Below are positions 26,691 to 44,722 of a DNA stretch of 64,000 bases, piece by piece; the stretch's first letter is position 1, and each line of letters begins with the position of its first letter. The DNA is taken from the NCBI RefSeq assembly GCF_009914755.1, contig NC_060926.1. The stretch is one strand, 5' to 3'. The translations under genes were made by a program, and so were the position numbers. This stretch comes from the human T2T-CHM13v2.0 reference genome, Homo sapiens. A model generated the notes under the pieces. That model saw nothing but the letters and a program-made list of their open reading frames with translations. It had not been told where the DNA came from and made no database searches.

Positions 26691-26873
26691 TCAGGTCACT
26701 CCCACACTAATACTGCGCTTTTCCAATGGTCTTAGCAAACAGCACACCAGGAGATTATATCCCGTGCCTGGCTCGGAGGGTCCCACGCCCACGGAGCCTT
26801 GCTCATTGCTAGCATAGCAGTCTGAGATCAAACTGCAAGGCAGCAGCCAGGCTCGGGGAGGGGCGCCCGCCAT
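26691..26873 (-). CDS. L1 antisense ORF0 homologue, truncated to 60 aa
   Basis: MAGAPPRAWLLPCSLISDCYASNEQGSVGVGPSEPG...SVGVT* matches primate L1 ORF0; ends early at TGA (likely CGA>TGA). Confidence 0.7.
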   Translation of the reverse strand: MAGAPPRAWLLPCSLISDCYASNEQGSVGVGPSEPGTGYNLLVCCLLRPLEKRSISVGVT

Positions 26874-27449
26874 TGCTGAGGCTTGAGTAGGTAAACAAAG
26901 CGACCAGGAAGCTTGAACTGGGTGGAGCCCACTGCAGCTCAAGGAGGCTGGCCTGCTCTGTAGACTCCACCTCTGGGAGCAGGGCGTAGCCGAACAAAAG
27001 GCAGCAGAAACCTCTGCAGACTTAAATGTCCCTGTCTGACAGCCTTGAAGAGAGTAGTGGTTCTTCCAGCACAGAGTTTGAGATCTGAGAATGGACAGAC
27101 TGCATCCTCAAGTGGGTCCCTGACCCCCAGGTAGCCTATCTGGGAGGCACCCCCCCAGTAGGGGCAGACTGACACCTCACATGGCCGGGTACCCCTCTGA
27201 GACAAAACCTCCAGAGGAATGATCAGACAGCAACATTTGCTGTTCAGCAATATTCACTGTTCTGCAGCCTCCACTGCTGATATCCAGGCAAACAGGGTCT
27301 GGAGTAGAACTCCCGCAAATTCCAACAGACCTGCAGCTGAGGATTCCGACTATTAAAAGGAAAACTAACAAACAGAAAGGACATCCACACCAAAAACCCA
27401 TCTGTACGTCACCATCATCAAAGACCAAAGGTAGATAAAAAACACAAAG

Positions 27450-28466
27450 ATGGGGATAAAACAGAGCAGAAAAACTGAAAATTCTAAAAATCAGAGCGCC
27501 TCTCCTCCTCCAAAGGAATGCAGCTCCTCACCAGCAACAGAACAAAGCTGGACAGAGAATGACTTTGATGAGTTGAGAGAAGAAGGCTTCAGACGATCAA
27601 ACGTCTCCGAGCTAAAGGGGGAAGTTTGAACCCATTGCAAAGAAGTTAAAAACCTTGAAAAAAGATTACACGAATGGCTAACTAGAATAACCAATGCAGA
27701 GAAGTCCTTAAAGGACCTGATGGGGCTGAAAACCATGGCACGAGAACTACGTGACAAATGCACAAGCTTCAGTAGCCGACTCGATCAACTGGAAGAAAGA
27801 GTATCAGTGATTGAAGATCAAATGAATGAAATAAAGTGAGAAAAGAAGTTTAGAGAAAAAAGAATAAGAAGAAATCAACAAAGCCTCCAAGAAATATGGG
27901 ACTATGTGAAAAGACCAAATCTACGTCTGATTGGTGTACCTGAAAGTGATGGGGAGAATGGAACCAAGTTGGAAAACATTCTTCAGGTTATTATCCAGGA
28001 GAACTTCCCCAACCTAGCAAGGAAGGCCAACATTCAAATTCAAGAAATACAGAGAACGCCACAAAGATACTCCTCGAGAAGAGCAACTCCAAGACACATA
28101 ATTGTCAGATTCACCAAAGTTGAAATGAAGGAAAAAATGTTAAGGGCAGCCAGAGAGAAAGGTCGGGTTACCCACACAGGGAAGCCTATCAGACTAACAG
28201 TGGATCTCTGGGCAGAAACTCTACAAGCCAGAAGAGAGTGGGGGCCAATATTCAACATTCTTAAAGAAAAGAATTTTCAACCCAGAATTTCATATCCAGC
28301 CAAACTAAGCTTCATAAGTGAAGGAGAAATAAAATCCTTTATAGACAAGCAAATGCTGAGAGATTTTATCACCACCAGGCCTGCCCTACAACAGCTCCTG
28401 AAGGAAGCACTAAACATGGAGAGGAACAACCAGTACCAGCCACTGCAAAAACATGCCAAATTGTAA
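27450..28466 (+). pseudogene. L1 ORF1p, disrupted
   Basis: ATG at 27450 (MGIKQSRKTENSKNQSASPPPKE); in-frame TGA at 27627 and 27837; C-terminal part open (ORF 27906-28466). Confidence 0.93.
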
Positions 28467-28529
28467 AGACCATCGATGCTAGGAGGAAACTGCATCAACT
28501 AACGAGTAAAATAACCAGCTAACATAATG

Positions 28530-32354
<3,825 letters not shown>

Positions 32355-32725
32355 ACAATGAGAACACTTGGACACGGGAAGGGGAACATCACACACTGGG
32401 GCCTGTTGTGGGGTGGGGGAAGGGGGAGGGATAGCATTAGGAGATATACCTAATGTAAATGACGAGTTAATGGGTGCAGCACACAAACATGGCACATGTA
32501 TACATATGTAACAAACCTGCACATTGTGCACATGTACCCTAGAACTTAAAGTATAATAAAAAAATATATATATATATATAAATAAAAAAATAAAGAAGGA
32601 GACTGCTTGGGTCACTTCATCCTTTTTCCCCATCCTCCATGTTCCTTCTCCTCTGTTCCTAGCGGTCCTTCCACAAAAATGTTTGAAAAGCATAGCCATA
32701 AACTATTCTATACCTCCCCAAACAG

Positions 32726-32764
32726 ACACACACACACACACACATACACACATACACACACACA
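32726..32764. repeat. (CA)n microsatellite, interrupted
   Basis: acacacacacacacacatacacacatacacacaca. Confidence 0.9.
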
Positions 32765-33058
32765 TTCAGGGAGAGACACAGAGACATTCTCATGATCTAC
32801 CTTAGCAATTAATCATTCATATGTTTGTGTGTGTAATCTGCAGTGATTTTTCTTGTCATTTACTCTTATTTGTTTGTATATATTTGAGAGTATTTCTCTC
32901 ATTGATAGCAACATCAAAGGAGGAAAAATGTACTTATACTTTCACTCTAACACTTTAAAGTTTCCAAAGAACTCAATTCAGAAAGTTCCAGAACTATATA
33001 TGGGTGTTCCTCTAAAAGTTTGAAGTCAAAAAACATTTACCATAGAAAAAGGTTAGAA

Positions 33059-33360
33059 GGCCAGGCGCAGTGGCTCACACCTGTAATCCTAGCAATTTGG
33101 GAGGCCGAGCCAGGCAGATCACTTGAGGTCAGGAATTCGACACCAGCCTGGTCAACATGGTGAAACCCCATCTCTACTAAAAATACAAAAATTAGTCCGG
33201 CATAGTGGCACACGCCTGTAATCCCAGCTACTCAGGAGGCTGAGGCAGGAGAATTGCTTGAATCAAGGAGTCTGAGGTTGCAGTGAGCCAAGATGGCGCC
33301 ACTGCACTCCAGCCTGAGTGACAGAGCAAGACCCTGTCTCAAAAAAAAAAAAAAAAAAGA
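33059..33360 (+). mobile_element. AluSx/Sz
   Basis: Full dimer with poly(A); TSD agaa(a/g)aaggttagaa. Confidence 0.93.
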
Positions 33361-33656
33361 AGAAGAAGGTTAGAAATGGTGATGAGAATTGTATGTGAGA
33401 TCACAACAGCATATTCAATCCATTGTGCAGTTAAAATATATTTTCAGTGCAATGTTGAATAAAACCAGTTTATTATAATGATGATGATTATGAAGAAGAC
33501 AAAAACAAGCAATTCAATTAATAATTTATTTTAAAAGTTTAATTTGTAGGATGATGGTGGGGAGGGAAGCAGCTTCAGAGGCAAAGATGTAGAAAGAAAA
33601 TTTTAAAGAGATTGTAAAACAGACTTCTAAGATATTTAGACAAGAAGGTTATTTAG

Positions 33657-33940
33657 GTCAGGTGTAATGGTTCACACTTGTAATCCCAGCACTTTGGGAA
33701 GCCGAGGCCAGGAATTGGAGACCAGCCTGGGCAACATAGTGAGACCAACATAGTGAGACCTTGTCTCTACAAGAAATAAGAAAATTAGCTGTGCATGGTG
33801 GTGTGCGCGCCTGTAGTCCCAGCTACCCAGAAGGCTGAAGTGGAAGGATCACTTGAGCCCAGACATTCAATGTTACAGTAAGCCAATCACACCATTGCCC
33901 TCCATCCTGGGTGACAGAGGAAGCTCCTGTCTCAAAAAAA
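33657..33940 (+). mobile_element. AluJ with internal deletion and 14-bp duplication
   Basis: J features; caacatagtgagac present twice at 33732-33759. Confidence 0.9.
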
Positions 33941-33946
33941 TTATTA

Positions 33947-34471
<525 letters not shown>

Positions 34472-34579
34472 TCACTTAAAACATAGGCTTTCTCCTTCCT
34501 CCATACTTAGGAATCACTAACATTACTTTTTAAATGTTTTGTAATGTCTGTATGAATGTTTTTAGTTCACAAATAGCAA

Positions 34580-34770
34580 GAAGGAGAAAAATTGTTGAGG
34601 GTTGGGCATGGGAATAGGAAAGAAGGAGAGAAAACAGGAGGAAGAGGAAAAGGGGGAGAAAGAAGAAGAAGACAGAATTAGAGAGAAAGGGAACAAGAAC
34701 AGAAAAAGTACAGATTGAAGAAAGGAGGAAAACTTAGGTAACTGAAGAAGAATTAGAAGAGGGGGAGATG
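34580..34770. repeat. GA-rich low-complexity tract
   Basis: Strongly purine-biased + strand. Confidence 0.7.
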
Positions 34771-36169
34771 TGCAACTAAAGAGATATGTGCGAAATCAAT
34801 GGTCTATGGTGCTTCCTTTTGGTGCATTAAATGAAATAATCAAATTTGATGATGAATCAAATAAAGAGTTGAAAGATAACTTGAACTAGGTTGTCATATA
34901 ACTTGATGAAAATTTACTGATGGCTACCCATACATAATAAATTACTCAAATACAAATAACCATATAACTAAACATGATCAGTTATTTTCAGGTAGAAGTT
35001 TAAAACAATACTGAGTTATAGACTTAGAAATTTATAGTTAATCTTGATCCTACATAATTGGAATGTTCATGTGCTTATTTGCAAGATGGAGTTCATGCTG
35101 AATCAATTTAGGGCTCTGAATTATCACAGCATGAAATATGTTGTAATTTTCCAAACCATTATACTCTTTTCAAGCCACTTAAATACTTCTAATGTGATTT
35201 AAAATTTTGGAATTTAATGGCATGTTTATCTTCTGAGATACTCAGCTTGCATATGCAACACAGAAATTCCTACAGAGTCCATATGAAGAGCCAACTTCAT
35301 TCTTTCTCTATTTCATAGCAATGCTCTCAACTAAGTTCCCCTGTGCCTTATCCAACAAAGCTGGCATCCTGTAGTTATGCAATTCCAACAAAAAATAACA
35401 ATGAACCCATTTTGAGTGCTTATCATGTTTCACTTCCCATGCCAAGAAATTCACATTCACTAACTGATATTTAACTAATAATACTTCCATGAGCAAACCA
35501 CTTAACCAAACCTTCTGCTTTTCTACACAATGTATCTTTAAAACTGTATTCAAAAGTTACAAGTCCAAAATTAAAAACACATGTTTTTTGGCAGCAAGTA
35601 GATACAGCTTTGACTCCCAGAGAGCTAAATCACTGTACAAAATTCTTATTGAAGTCCCAGCAGGCAGCACCTTCCTCAGGCCCAGGCAATCCAGCATGCA
35701 AGAGAGGCCCTGATGAGCCTCCAGAAAACAAAGGTCAGGAGATAGTCTGACTTTTTGGACATACCAGTTAATTCTCCCCTTCCATGTGTAAATAGATACA
35801 GGTTCCTCCCAGTCCCACAAACTTGTTACCAGTGTGTCAAGCCTTTAATAGAGGCCAGCACAAAAGGTAGCAGCTGCCAAAACATCTTAGACATGTGGAA
35901 TACATGCATAAGAACAGGATTTTGTTTGCCCCACTGCTATAATAAAGTCAACTTGGTCTCAGCCAGTCAACAATGCCAAATTGTTGGTCATCATGGAAGA
36001 CAGAAATACAAAAGCCTGGTGAACTATCAGCTAGCACTGAAAGCCTATGCCTGTAAGTGGTGACTGTCACATAGTATGTGATAAAGTACTTAAGTTTTGG
36101 AAGTGATTGACAACTTCATAAAACTTTTGCCTTACAGAAATGTGATGGTTGAATCTCATTAATTAATGT

Positions 36170-36882
36170 TGGGAAGTCAAAAAAATTACAAATAGAACTA
36201 TTATATGATTCAGCAATCCCACTTCTGGGTATGTATCTAAAGGAAATGAAATCAGTATGCACTCTCATGTTCACTGCAGCATTACTCACCACAGCTAGGA
36301 TATGGAATCAACCAAGTTTCCATCGATGGGGAAGTGAGTAAAGAAAATGTGGGATATATACATGATAAAAAATGATTCAGCCTTAAAAAAGAAGGAAACC
36401 TTGTCATTTACAACAACATGCATGAACCTGGAGAACCTATGGTAAGTGAAATAAGCCAGGCAGAGAAAGACAAATACTGCACGATCTCACTTAAGTATGG
36501 AATCTAAGAATGTCTAACTCATAGAACTCATAGAAGCCGAGAGTAAAACAGTAGTTACCAAGAGGTGGGAGAGATAGAGATATATTGGACAAAGGGCACA
36601 AAGTTTCAGTTAGATAGGATGAACATGTTTTATACATCTATTGTACAGCATGGTGACTATAGTTAATAATAATGTACTGTATAATTGAAATTTAATAAGA
36701 AAGTAGATCTTAAATTTCCTCACCAAAAAAAGACAACTATGTCAAGTAATGAATTTGCTAATTAGCTTGATTTTGGTAATCATTTTATAATGCATACATA
36801 TATCAAAACATGTTGTATAGCATAAACATATATAATTTTTATTTCTCAATTTTATCTCAATAAACCTAGGAAAAAAAATAAA
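36170..36882 (+). mobile_element. L1MA8/9-like 3' end
   Basis: tatgattcagcaatcccacttctggg...caaagtttcagttagatagg...gtgactatagttaataataatg...caataaa plus A-tail. Confidence 0.85.
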
Positions 36883-38488
36883 GCGAATCTCAAACATTAA
36901 AAAATAAGATAAAATAGAATAAAACCTCTTAAGCTCTCAAAACCTCAATTCAGTTTAAAGTGTGTTTATCATTGCTGTATTTATTTGCTTCAGCCTTTAA
37001 ATATGGTAGAGAAAGAAATAAAATATCTTTCAAACAAAAAACTTCAAAAGTCTAAAAATAATGTGATGTCCACTTAGGTTGTAGTCAGAAGAGATTGTCA
37101 CTCTCACTCTAACCAATACAAAAACAGAAAAGCTACCAAATAATGGTTGTTTTTTTTTTAATTTATGAGCGGTAAGAGAGAGGAAAAAAATCTTAATGAT
37201 ACCTGGAAACATAGCAGGAAGAACAAACTCATAATTAATAGGAATAAGGAAAAACTGCTGAAGTGTTAATAAACTTTTAACAGTACTGTGTGGGCTGGTC
37301 TAACAGTCTAGAATTCTGGTATGCCTTATAAAAGAACAAGTCAGCTACACACCAATTCCCCATTTGACCTTCGCTAAATCATGTCAATAGTGTAGCAAAC
37401 GGCAGGGGCAGGGCAGGAGGTCTGAAAGAAATCCTCCTGAAATGCACTGAGATTTGACCAAGTACACTTCAAAATGTAGGAAGAGAGCAGAGTAAAAAAT
37501 CCTCTGAGCCACGCTGGGCCATCACTGATTGCAAGGCAGAAGAACACCAAAGGCTAAACACAGGGAATGAAAATTGATAGAGGTCGCCCCAACTCACATA
37601 GGGTAGGTAGAGCAATGGCAGCAGCCTACCAAAGGATGGAGACAGGGCAGGATAACTGAAAGCCCGGAGGTTCACAGGGCTTTTACCAAAAGCAAAGCTG
37701 CAAAACCCAGAAAGCTGAAATAATATATATCTATCTTCTGAGATGTGGAAAGTTAGGGGCAGAGCGGAGAGCAAAGAAAATTCTTCAGTATCTCAAAATA
37801 TAGACAGCAGGCCTGTGAAGCAGACAGAAATCACTGTCCGTTGAGAAATCTGACAACATGAGTGAAAAACATAGTGATGTCCAGAGTCTTACCAATGCTC
37901 AGGTCCCAAGCCATAATTTAGGGAAATTCCTGATCTTGCCCTCAAAAACATGTGAAGCTAGTGATTAAATTAAGTACAAAAGCTGCAACAGAGCACAGGC
38001 TCATTGCAATTACAGACTACATTGACATAGCCCCTCATCCTTACAACTTGTTAGAAGTAGTGTGCCATTTTCTTGAAGAAAATAATACCTTCAATTTAAA
38101 CTCTTCTTTGACACAATTTCTGTTATACAATCAAAAATTATGAGACATGCATAAAACCATGAGTATATATGTGATCCAGAATCAAAAGGAAAGTAGTTAA
38201 TACAAGCCGACTCTCAGAGGAGACAGAGGTCAGAATTAACAGACAAGAGTTTTAAAACAACATAATAAATATTTTATGAGATTGCGAAAAATGTGTACTT
38301 AATTTACATGATAATATAGAAAATTTGAACAAAAATGTTAAAAATAGAAAAAGAATCAAATGGAAATTATAGAACTAAAAAATACAACATTTACAAAATT
38401 AGATATGAAGAAGTCATTTGATGACCTAATAGCAGATTGAATGTGGGAAGGAAAAGAATCAGTGAAGTTGAAACAAAAAAATTAAACA

Positions 38489-38654
38489 GGCCAGGTGCAG
38501 TGGCTCACACCTGTAATCCCAGCACTTTGGGAGGCAGAGGCAGATGGATCACGAGGTCAGGAGATTGAGACCATCCTGGTCAACATGGTGAAATCCCATC
38601 TCTAATAAAATATAAAAAATTAGCCAGGCATGGTGGTGTGTGCCTGTAATCCCA
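38489..38654 (+). mobile_element. AluSc-like 5' half, 3'-truncated
   Basis: ggatcacgaggtcaggagattgagaccatcctgg; ends at tgtaatccca. Confidence 0.88.
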
Positions 38655-38962
38655 AATCTCATCTTGCATTCACATGTGTTGAGGGAGGGACCTGGAGGGA
38701 GATAATTGAATAATGGGGGCAGATATTTCCCTTGCTGTTCTCATGATAGTGAATAAGTCTCATGAGATCTGATGGTTTTAAAAATGGGAGTTTCCCTGCA
38801 CAAGCTCTTTCTTTGCCTACTGCCATCCATGTAATACATGACTTGTTCCTCTTTGCTTTCTGCCATGATTGTGAGGCCTCCCCAGCCATGTGGAACTATA
38901 AGTCCATTAAGCTCTTTTTCCTGTATATGTCTTTATCAGCAGCATAAAAACAAACTAATACA
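38651..38962 (+). mobile_element. THE1B-like LTR, 5'-truncated
   Basis: cccaaatctcatcttg...gtgaataagtctcatgagatctgatgg...actaataca. Confidence 0.88.
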
Positions 38963-38992
38963 TATATATACTAATTTTAAAAATGGTGAAAA

Positions 38993-39419
<427 letters not shown>

Positions 39420-39669
39420 TCACAAATTAGCTGAGGATTATAACATTCTCTTGACATTGATTCATAATAGAAGCAGTTAAAAACAGATTATTAAGGGTAT
39501 AGATAATGTGAGTGCTATCAACCAACTTGACCTACTCGGCATTAATAGAGCACTATAACCAACCTCTCCAGAATACACATTATTTTCAGGAATATATGGA
39601 ACATTCACCATGATAGAACATATACTGGGCCATAAATCAAGTCCCCGTATATTTCAAAGAATTGAAACC

Positions 39670-40119
39670 ATACAGTTTGGCTGTGTCTCCAACCAAATCT
39701 CATCTTGAATTCCCATGTGTTGTGGGAGGGACCTGGTGGGAGGTAACTGAATTATGGGAGCAGGTCTTTCTCATGCTGTTCTCATAATAGTGAATAAGTC
39801 TCATGAGATCTGATGGTTTTTATAGAGAGGAGTTTCCCTACACAAGCTCCCTCTTTGCCTGCTGCCATCCATGTAAGATGTGACTTGCTCCTCCTTGCCT
39901 TCTGCCATGATGATGAGGCCTCCCCAGCCACATGAAACTGTAAGTCCATTAAACCCTTTTTCCTGTATAAATTACCCACTCTTGGTATGTCTTTATAAGA
40001 AATGTGAAAACAAACTAATACAGTAAATTCGTACCAGTAGAGTGGGGCCCTGCTGAAAAGATACCCAAAAATGTGGAAGTGACTTTGGGATGGGGTAACA
40101 GGCAGAGATTGGAACAGTT
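39670..40119 (+). mobile_element. THE1 LTR plus ~97 bp of THE1 internal sequence
   Basis: LTR ends actaataca at 40022, then gtaaattcgtaccagtagagtgggg...ggaacagtt (start of THE1-int). Confidence 0.87.
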
Positions 40120-40760
40120 GTGTTTTGGAGACAACATTATTAAATCTACAATTAATGTAAAAATCCTCAAATATTTGGAAATTAAGCAACACTTCTCAAA
40201 AACTCATGGATCAAAAGAGAAATCACGGAGAAAACTGGAATTATTTTAAGTGGAATAATAATGAAAATACAACACATCAGTGTTTTACATAAAGCATATC
40301 TCACAGCAAAATTTATAGTAATTAAATGAGAATATTGGGGAAAAAAGAAGAGTTTAAATTGAATTATCCAATCTTACTCTTTCGAAATTTGAAAAAGGAA
40401 GAATAAATTAGAACCAAAGAAAGTAGGAAAGGTGAAAATTTAAAGATAGAAATAGAAATCAATGAAACAGAAAACGCACTAACAATAGATAAATCAACAA
40501 AGTCAAAAGACCATCCTTTTTAAAAGATTAATGAAATTGCTAAACTTCTAGCAGGACTGATCAAGAGGAGAAATAGAGTAAGTATAAATTACTAATATAA
40601 CAGATGAAAGAGGGACATCACCTCAAAGCTTGTAGATATTAAAAGTATTATAAACAATTTTATTCCAATGAATTTGACATCTGAAATAGTATGAGCAAAT
40701 TCCTTGAAAAATACAACTTAAAACTCGCACAAGAAAAGAAACAAAATGTGAGTAGCTATA

Positions 40761-41140
40761 TGTTATGAGTTGAATTGTCTACCCCCAAAATTCTGTGTTG
40801 AAGTCCTAACCCCCAGTACCTCAAAATGTAACTTTATTTGGACTTTGGGTCTTTAAAGAGGTAATTTATTTAGTATGATGCCATTAAGTTGGGCCCTAAC
40901 CTAATATGACTGATGTTCTTATAAAAAGATAAAATCACAGATATACACAGAGGGAATACATGTAATAAGAAAGAGAACTCACCAATCTATCAGTCAAGAA
41001 GAGAAGCCTCAAAAGAAACTAATCATGCTGACACACTGATGTCAGACTTCTAGACTCCAGAATTAAAAGAATATAAATTTCCATTGTTTAAGCCACTCAG
41101 TCTGTAGGACTTTGTTATGGCTTTCCTAGAAACTGATACA
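40761..41140 (+). mobile_element. MLT1B-like MaLR LTR
   Basis: tgttatgagttgaattgt...gaagtcctaacccccagtacctca...aaactgataca. Confidence 0.85.
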
Positions 41141-42479
41141 GCATACTACTGGTAATGAAAGGAAGACTGCAAAAAAAAAAAAGATATAATGCAGTCATCT
41201 CAATATATTTAATTGATATACTGATACAATGTATCTCAGCATAAAAATTAAGATATAATACAGTAATCTCAATAGATTTTTTAAACTATATTTAACAATA
41301 TTAAACACCCAGTCATAATTCAAAATTCTTAGCAAATTAGGAATAGATAGGAATTGTCTAAATATAATAAAAGGCATTTATTTTTAAGAACTCACATCCT
41401 ATATAATAGTAAAACGCTGAAGGCTGTCACCCTAAAACTGGGAACAAGGTAGGGTGTCTTCCCTCATTACTTCATGATGCTATGTCCTAGCCAGTACAAA
41501 AAATCAAGAAAAAGAAAAATAGCCAAAATATTGGAAAGAAAGTGAAACCATCATTATCTGCTGATAACATTATGGTATATGAATAAAACTCTAGGGAGTT
41601 TCCAGAAATCAACAAAAAATAAAAAGTGAATTAGCAAGGTCTCAGAGTACACAATCAGTATCCAAAAATTAACTCTTTTAAAATATTACCAACAATTAGA
41701 AATTGTGGTTTAAATATACTACCATTTACAATGGCATTTTAAAAATTACATGCTAAAGACTAAATCTAACCAAATTTCAAGATCTTTATTAAAAAAATAA
41801 AAATAATTGCTCAAAGTAATTAAAGATCTAAGTAAATGTGAAGATATACTATTTCATAAAATTGGAAGACTAAAATTTGTAAGATCTCCTTTCTCCCCAA
41901 ATTGATAGATAGGTTTAATGCAGTCTCAGTTAAACGTAAGCAGGTGTCTTGGACAAAATACAAGCAGTTTCTAAAATTTGTATTGAACGACAAAGTATTA
42001 GAAAAGCCAAAGCAATGTTAAAAGAGAACAAAAAAAATGTTTAAGGGCTTGCATTACCTGATTTCAAGGCTTACTATAAAGCTACAACTATCATGTGATG
42101 TTGACATAACAATATATATACCTACCAATAGAGCAGAATAGAGATTTCAGAAATAGACAACATACAGATGATCAACTGGTTTTTTGAAAAGGTGTCAAGA
42201 TAATTTAATAGGGGAAATTATAACCTACTCTAAAAATCATATTAGTACTCTCTATCCATATTTAAAAAAATCCTTGGCAGTTACTTCACATTACATGTAA
42301 AAAAAATTAACTCATTACTGATCATTGATCTAATTGTAAAAGCTAGAATCATAAAGCTTCTAGAAGAAAAAAGTAAGAGAACATCTTCACGACCTTGAGG
42401 GTAGTCAAACAGTTGTTGAACAAAACATAAAACAGAAGCCATTAAAGAACAAAAGTTAACACTATCATCACAATAATCA

Positions 42480-43182
42480 AAAAATCATTTGTCATCAGGG
42501 AAATGCAAATCACAAACCACAATCAACAGATTTTTTAAAGCAGACAACAACAAATATTGGCAAAGATATTGAGAAATTGGAAACCTCACACAATTGCTGG
42601 TGGGAATGTAAAATGGTGCAGTTGGAAAACATTTAAGCAGTTCCTCAAAAAAAGTGAAAAACAGAGCTGTCATATAGCCCAGCAATTCCATTCTTAGAAA
42701 TATACTTGAGAGAATGGAAAACTTAAGGTTACCCCAAACCTGAACATTGATATTTATAACAGTATTGGTTGTAGTAGACAAAAATGGAAACAACCCAAAT
42801 GCCTATCAATTGATGAATGAATTTTAAATGTAGTATATCCATACAGTGAAATATTATCCAGCCATAAATCATGCTAAATGAAATAAGCCACCTACAAAAG
42901 GCCACAGATTGTATTATTCCATTTATATGAGCTGTCCAGAATAGGCAATTCTGCATGATTTTTTTAAGTAAATTACCAGCTGCCAGGGTCTGGGGGAAAA
43001 GGAGAATGAGGAGTGAGTGCTAATAGATATGGGGTATATCTGAGATGTGATGAAAATGTTTAGAATTACATAGTGGTGATGGTTGCACAACTTTGTGAAT
43101 ATACTAAAAAACACTGAATTGCTCACTTTAAAGAGTGAATTTGATGGGATGTGAATTACATTTCAATTTTTCTAAAAAAGAA
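42480..43182 (+). mobile_element. L1MB-like 3' end nested in the old L1M
   Basis: gtcatcagggaaatgcaaatc...gatggttgcacaactttgtgaatatactaaaaaacactgaatt; host ORF2 resumes at ~43183. Confidence 0.75.
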
Positions 43183-44328
43183 ATCATTAAGAAAATGAAT
43201 AGACAAGACACAGACTGGGAGAATATGTTAAGAACATTTATCTGACAAAGATCTTTTACAATATAGAAAGAATTCCTAAAAATAAACAATACAAAGACAA
43301 AAAATTAAAAATGGGTAGAAGAATTGAAGAGACACCTCATAAAGAAAGACATGGAAAGGCCAATAAACACATAAAAAGTTCCTCAACATAATTCTTAAGC
43401 AGAGAAATGCAAATAAAGCCACAATGTGATAAAATTTTAATCTCACTAGAGTAGTTGAAATAAAAAAGATAAATAATACCAAGTAATGGCAAGGATGTGG
43501 AACAAATGGAACCTTCATACATTGCTGTTGAGATTGTCAAATGGTACAACCACTGTGAAACACTGGCAATTTAACATAGGGTTCTGTGATGCAGCAATCC
43601 CACTGCCAGGAATTTACCCAAGGAATATAAAAACATTACGTCCATAAAATGGCTTTTACAAGAGTATCTTAGTGCTCTTATTTACAATAGCCCAAACTGG
43701 AAATAACAGAAATGTTCATCATCAAGAGAAAGGAAAATGGTGATACATTCATATAACAGGAAATTGCTCAATTACAATTTAAAAAATGAAAAACTGATCC
43801 ATGCAAAAATATGGATGAATCTTACATATATTTTGACTCAAGAAGCCAAACCCAAAAGAACAGATACTGTATGAATCAATGTATATGAAGTCCAAGACAT
43901 GCAAAACTAATCCATGTTGTCTCTGGTGTTTGGAGGAGAGTAATGGTAAAGCAACTAGGAAGGAACACAGGGAGCATTCTGGGTGATGGAACTGTTATGT
44001 ATTGGTTTGAGTGGTGACTGTACAGGTTTGCACAATAGTCAAAATCTTTGGAATTGTAAACTTAAGACCTTTCACATTCTAAGTACACTACTCCTTTAAA
44101 CATTAAATAAACATAAAAAAACGTAAAAACCTAAACAATAAATCAATTCAGAAGTTATCCAGACTCCACTAAATATCAAAGAGTTTAGATTCAGGTTGAG
44201 TTTATGGCCAAAGTCTTAGGAACTATTTTTTTCTGGCCTACTTTTTTATTCATTCTTTACATTAATACCATGTTTGTAAGATATGCCTTTGTGTACATAT
44301 TTTGCTCAATACAAGCACTAATATTTAA

Positions 44329-44722
<394 letters not shown>

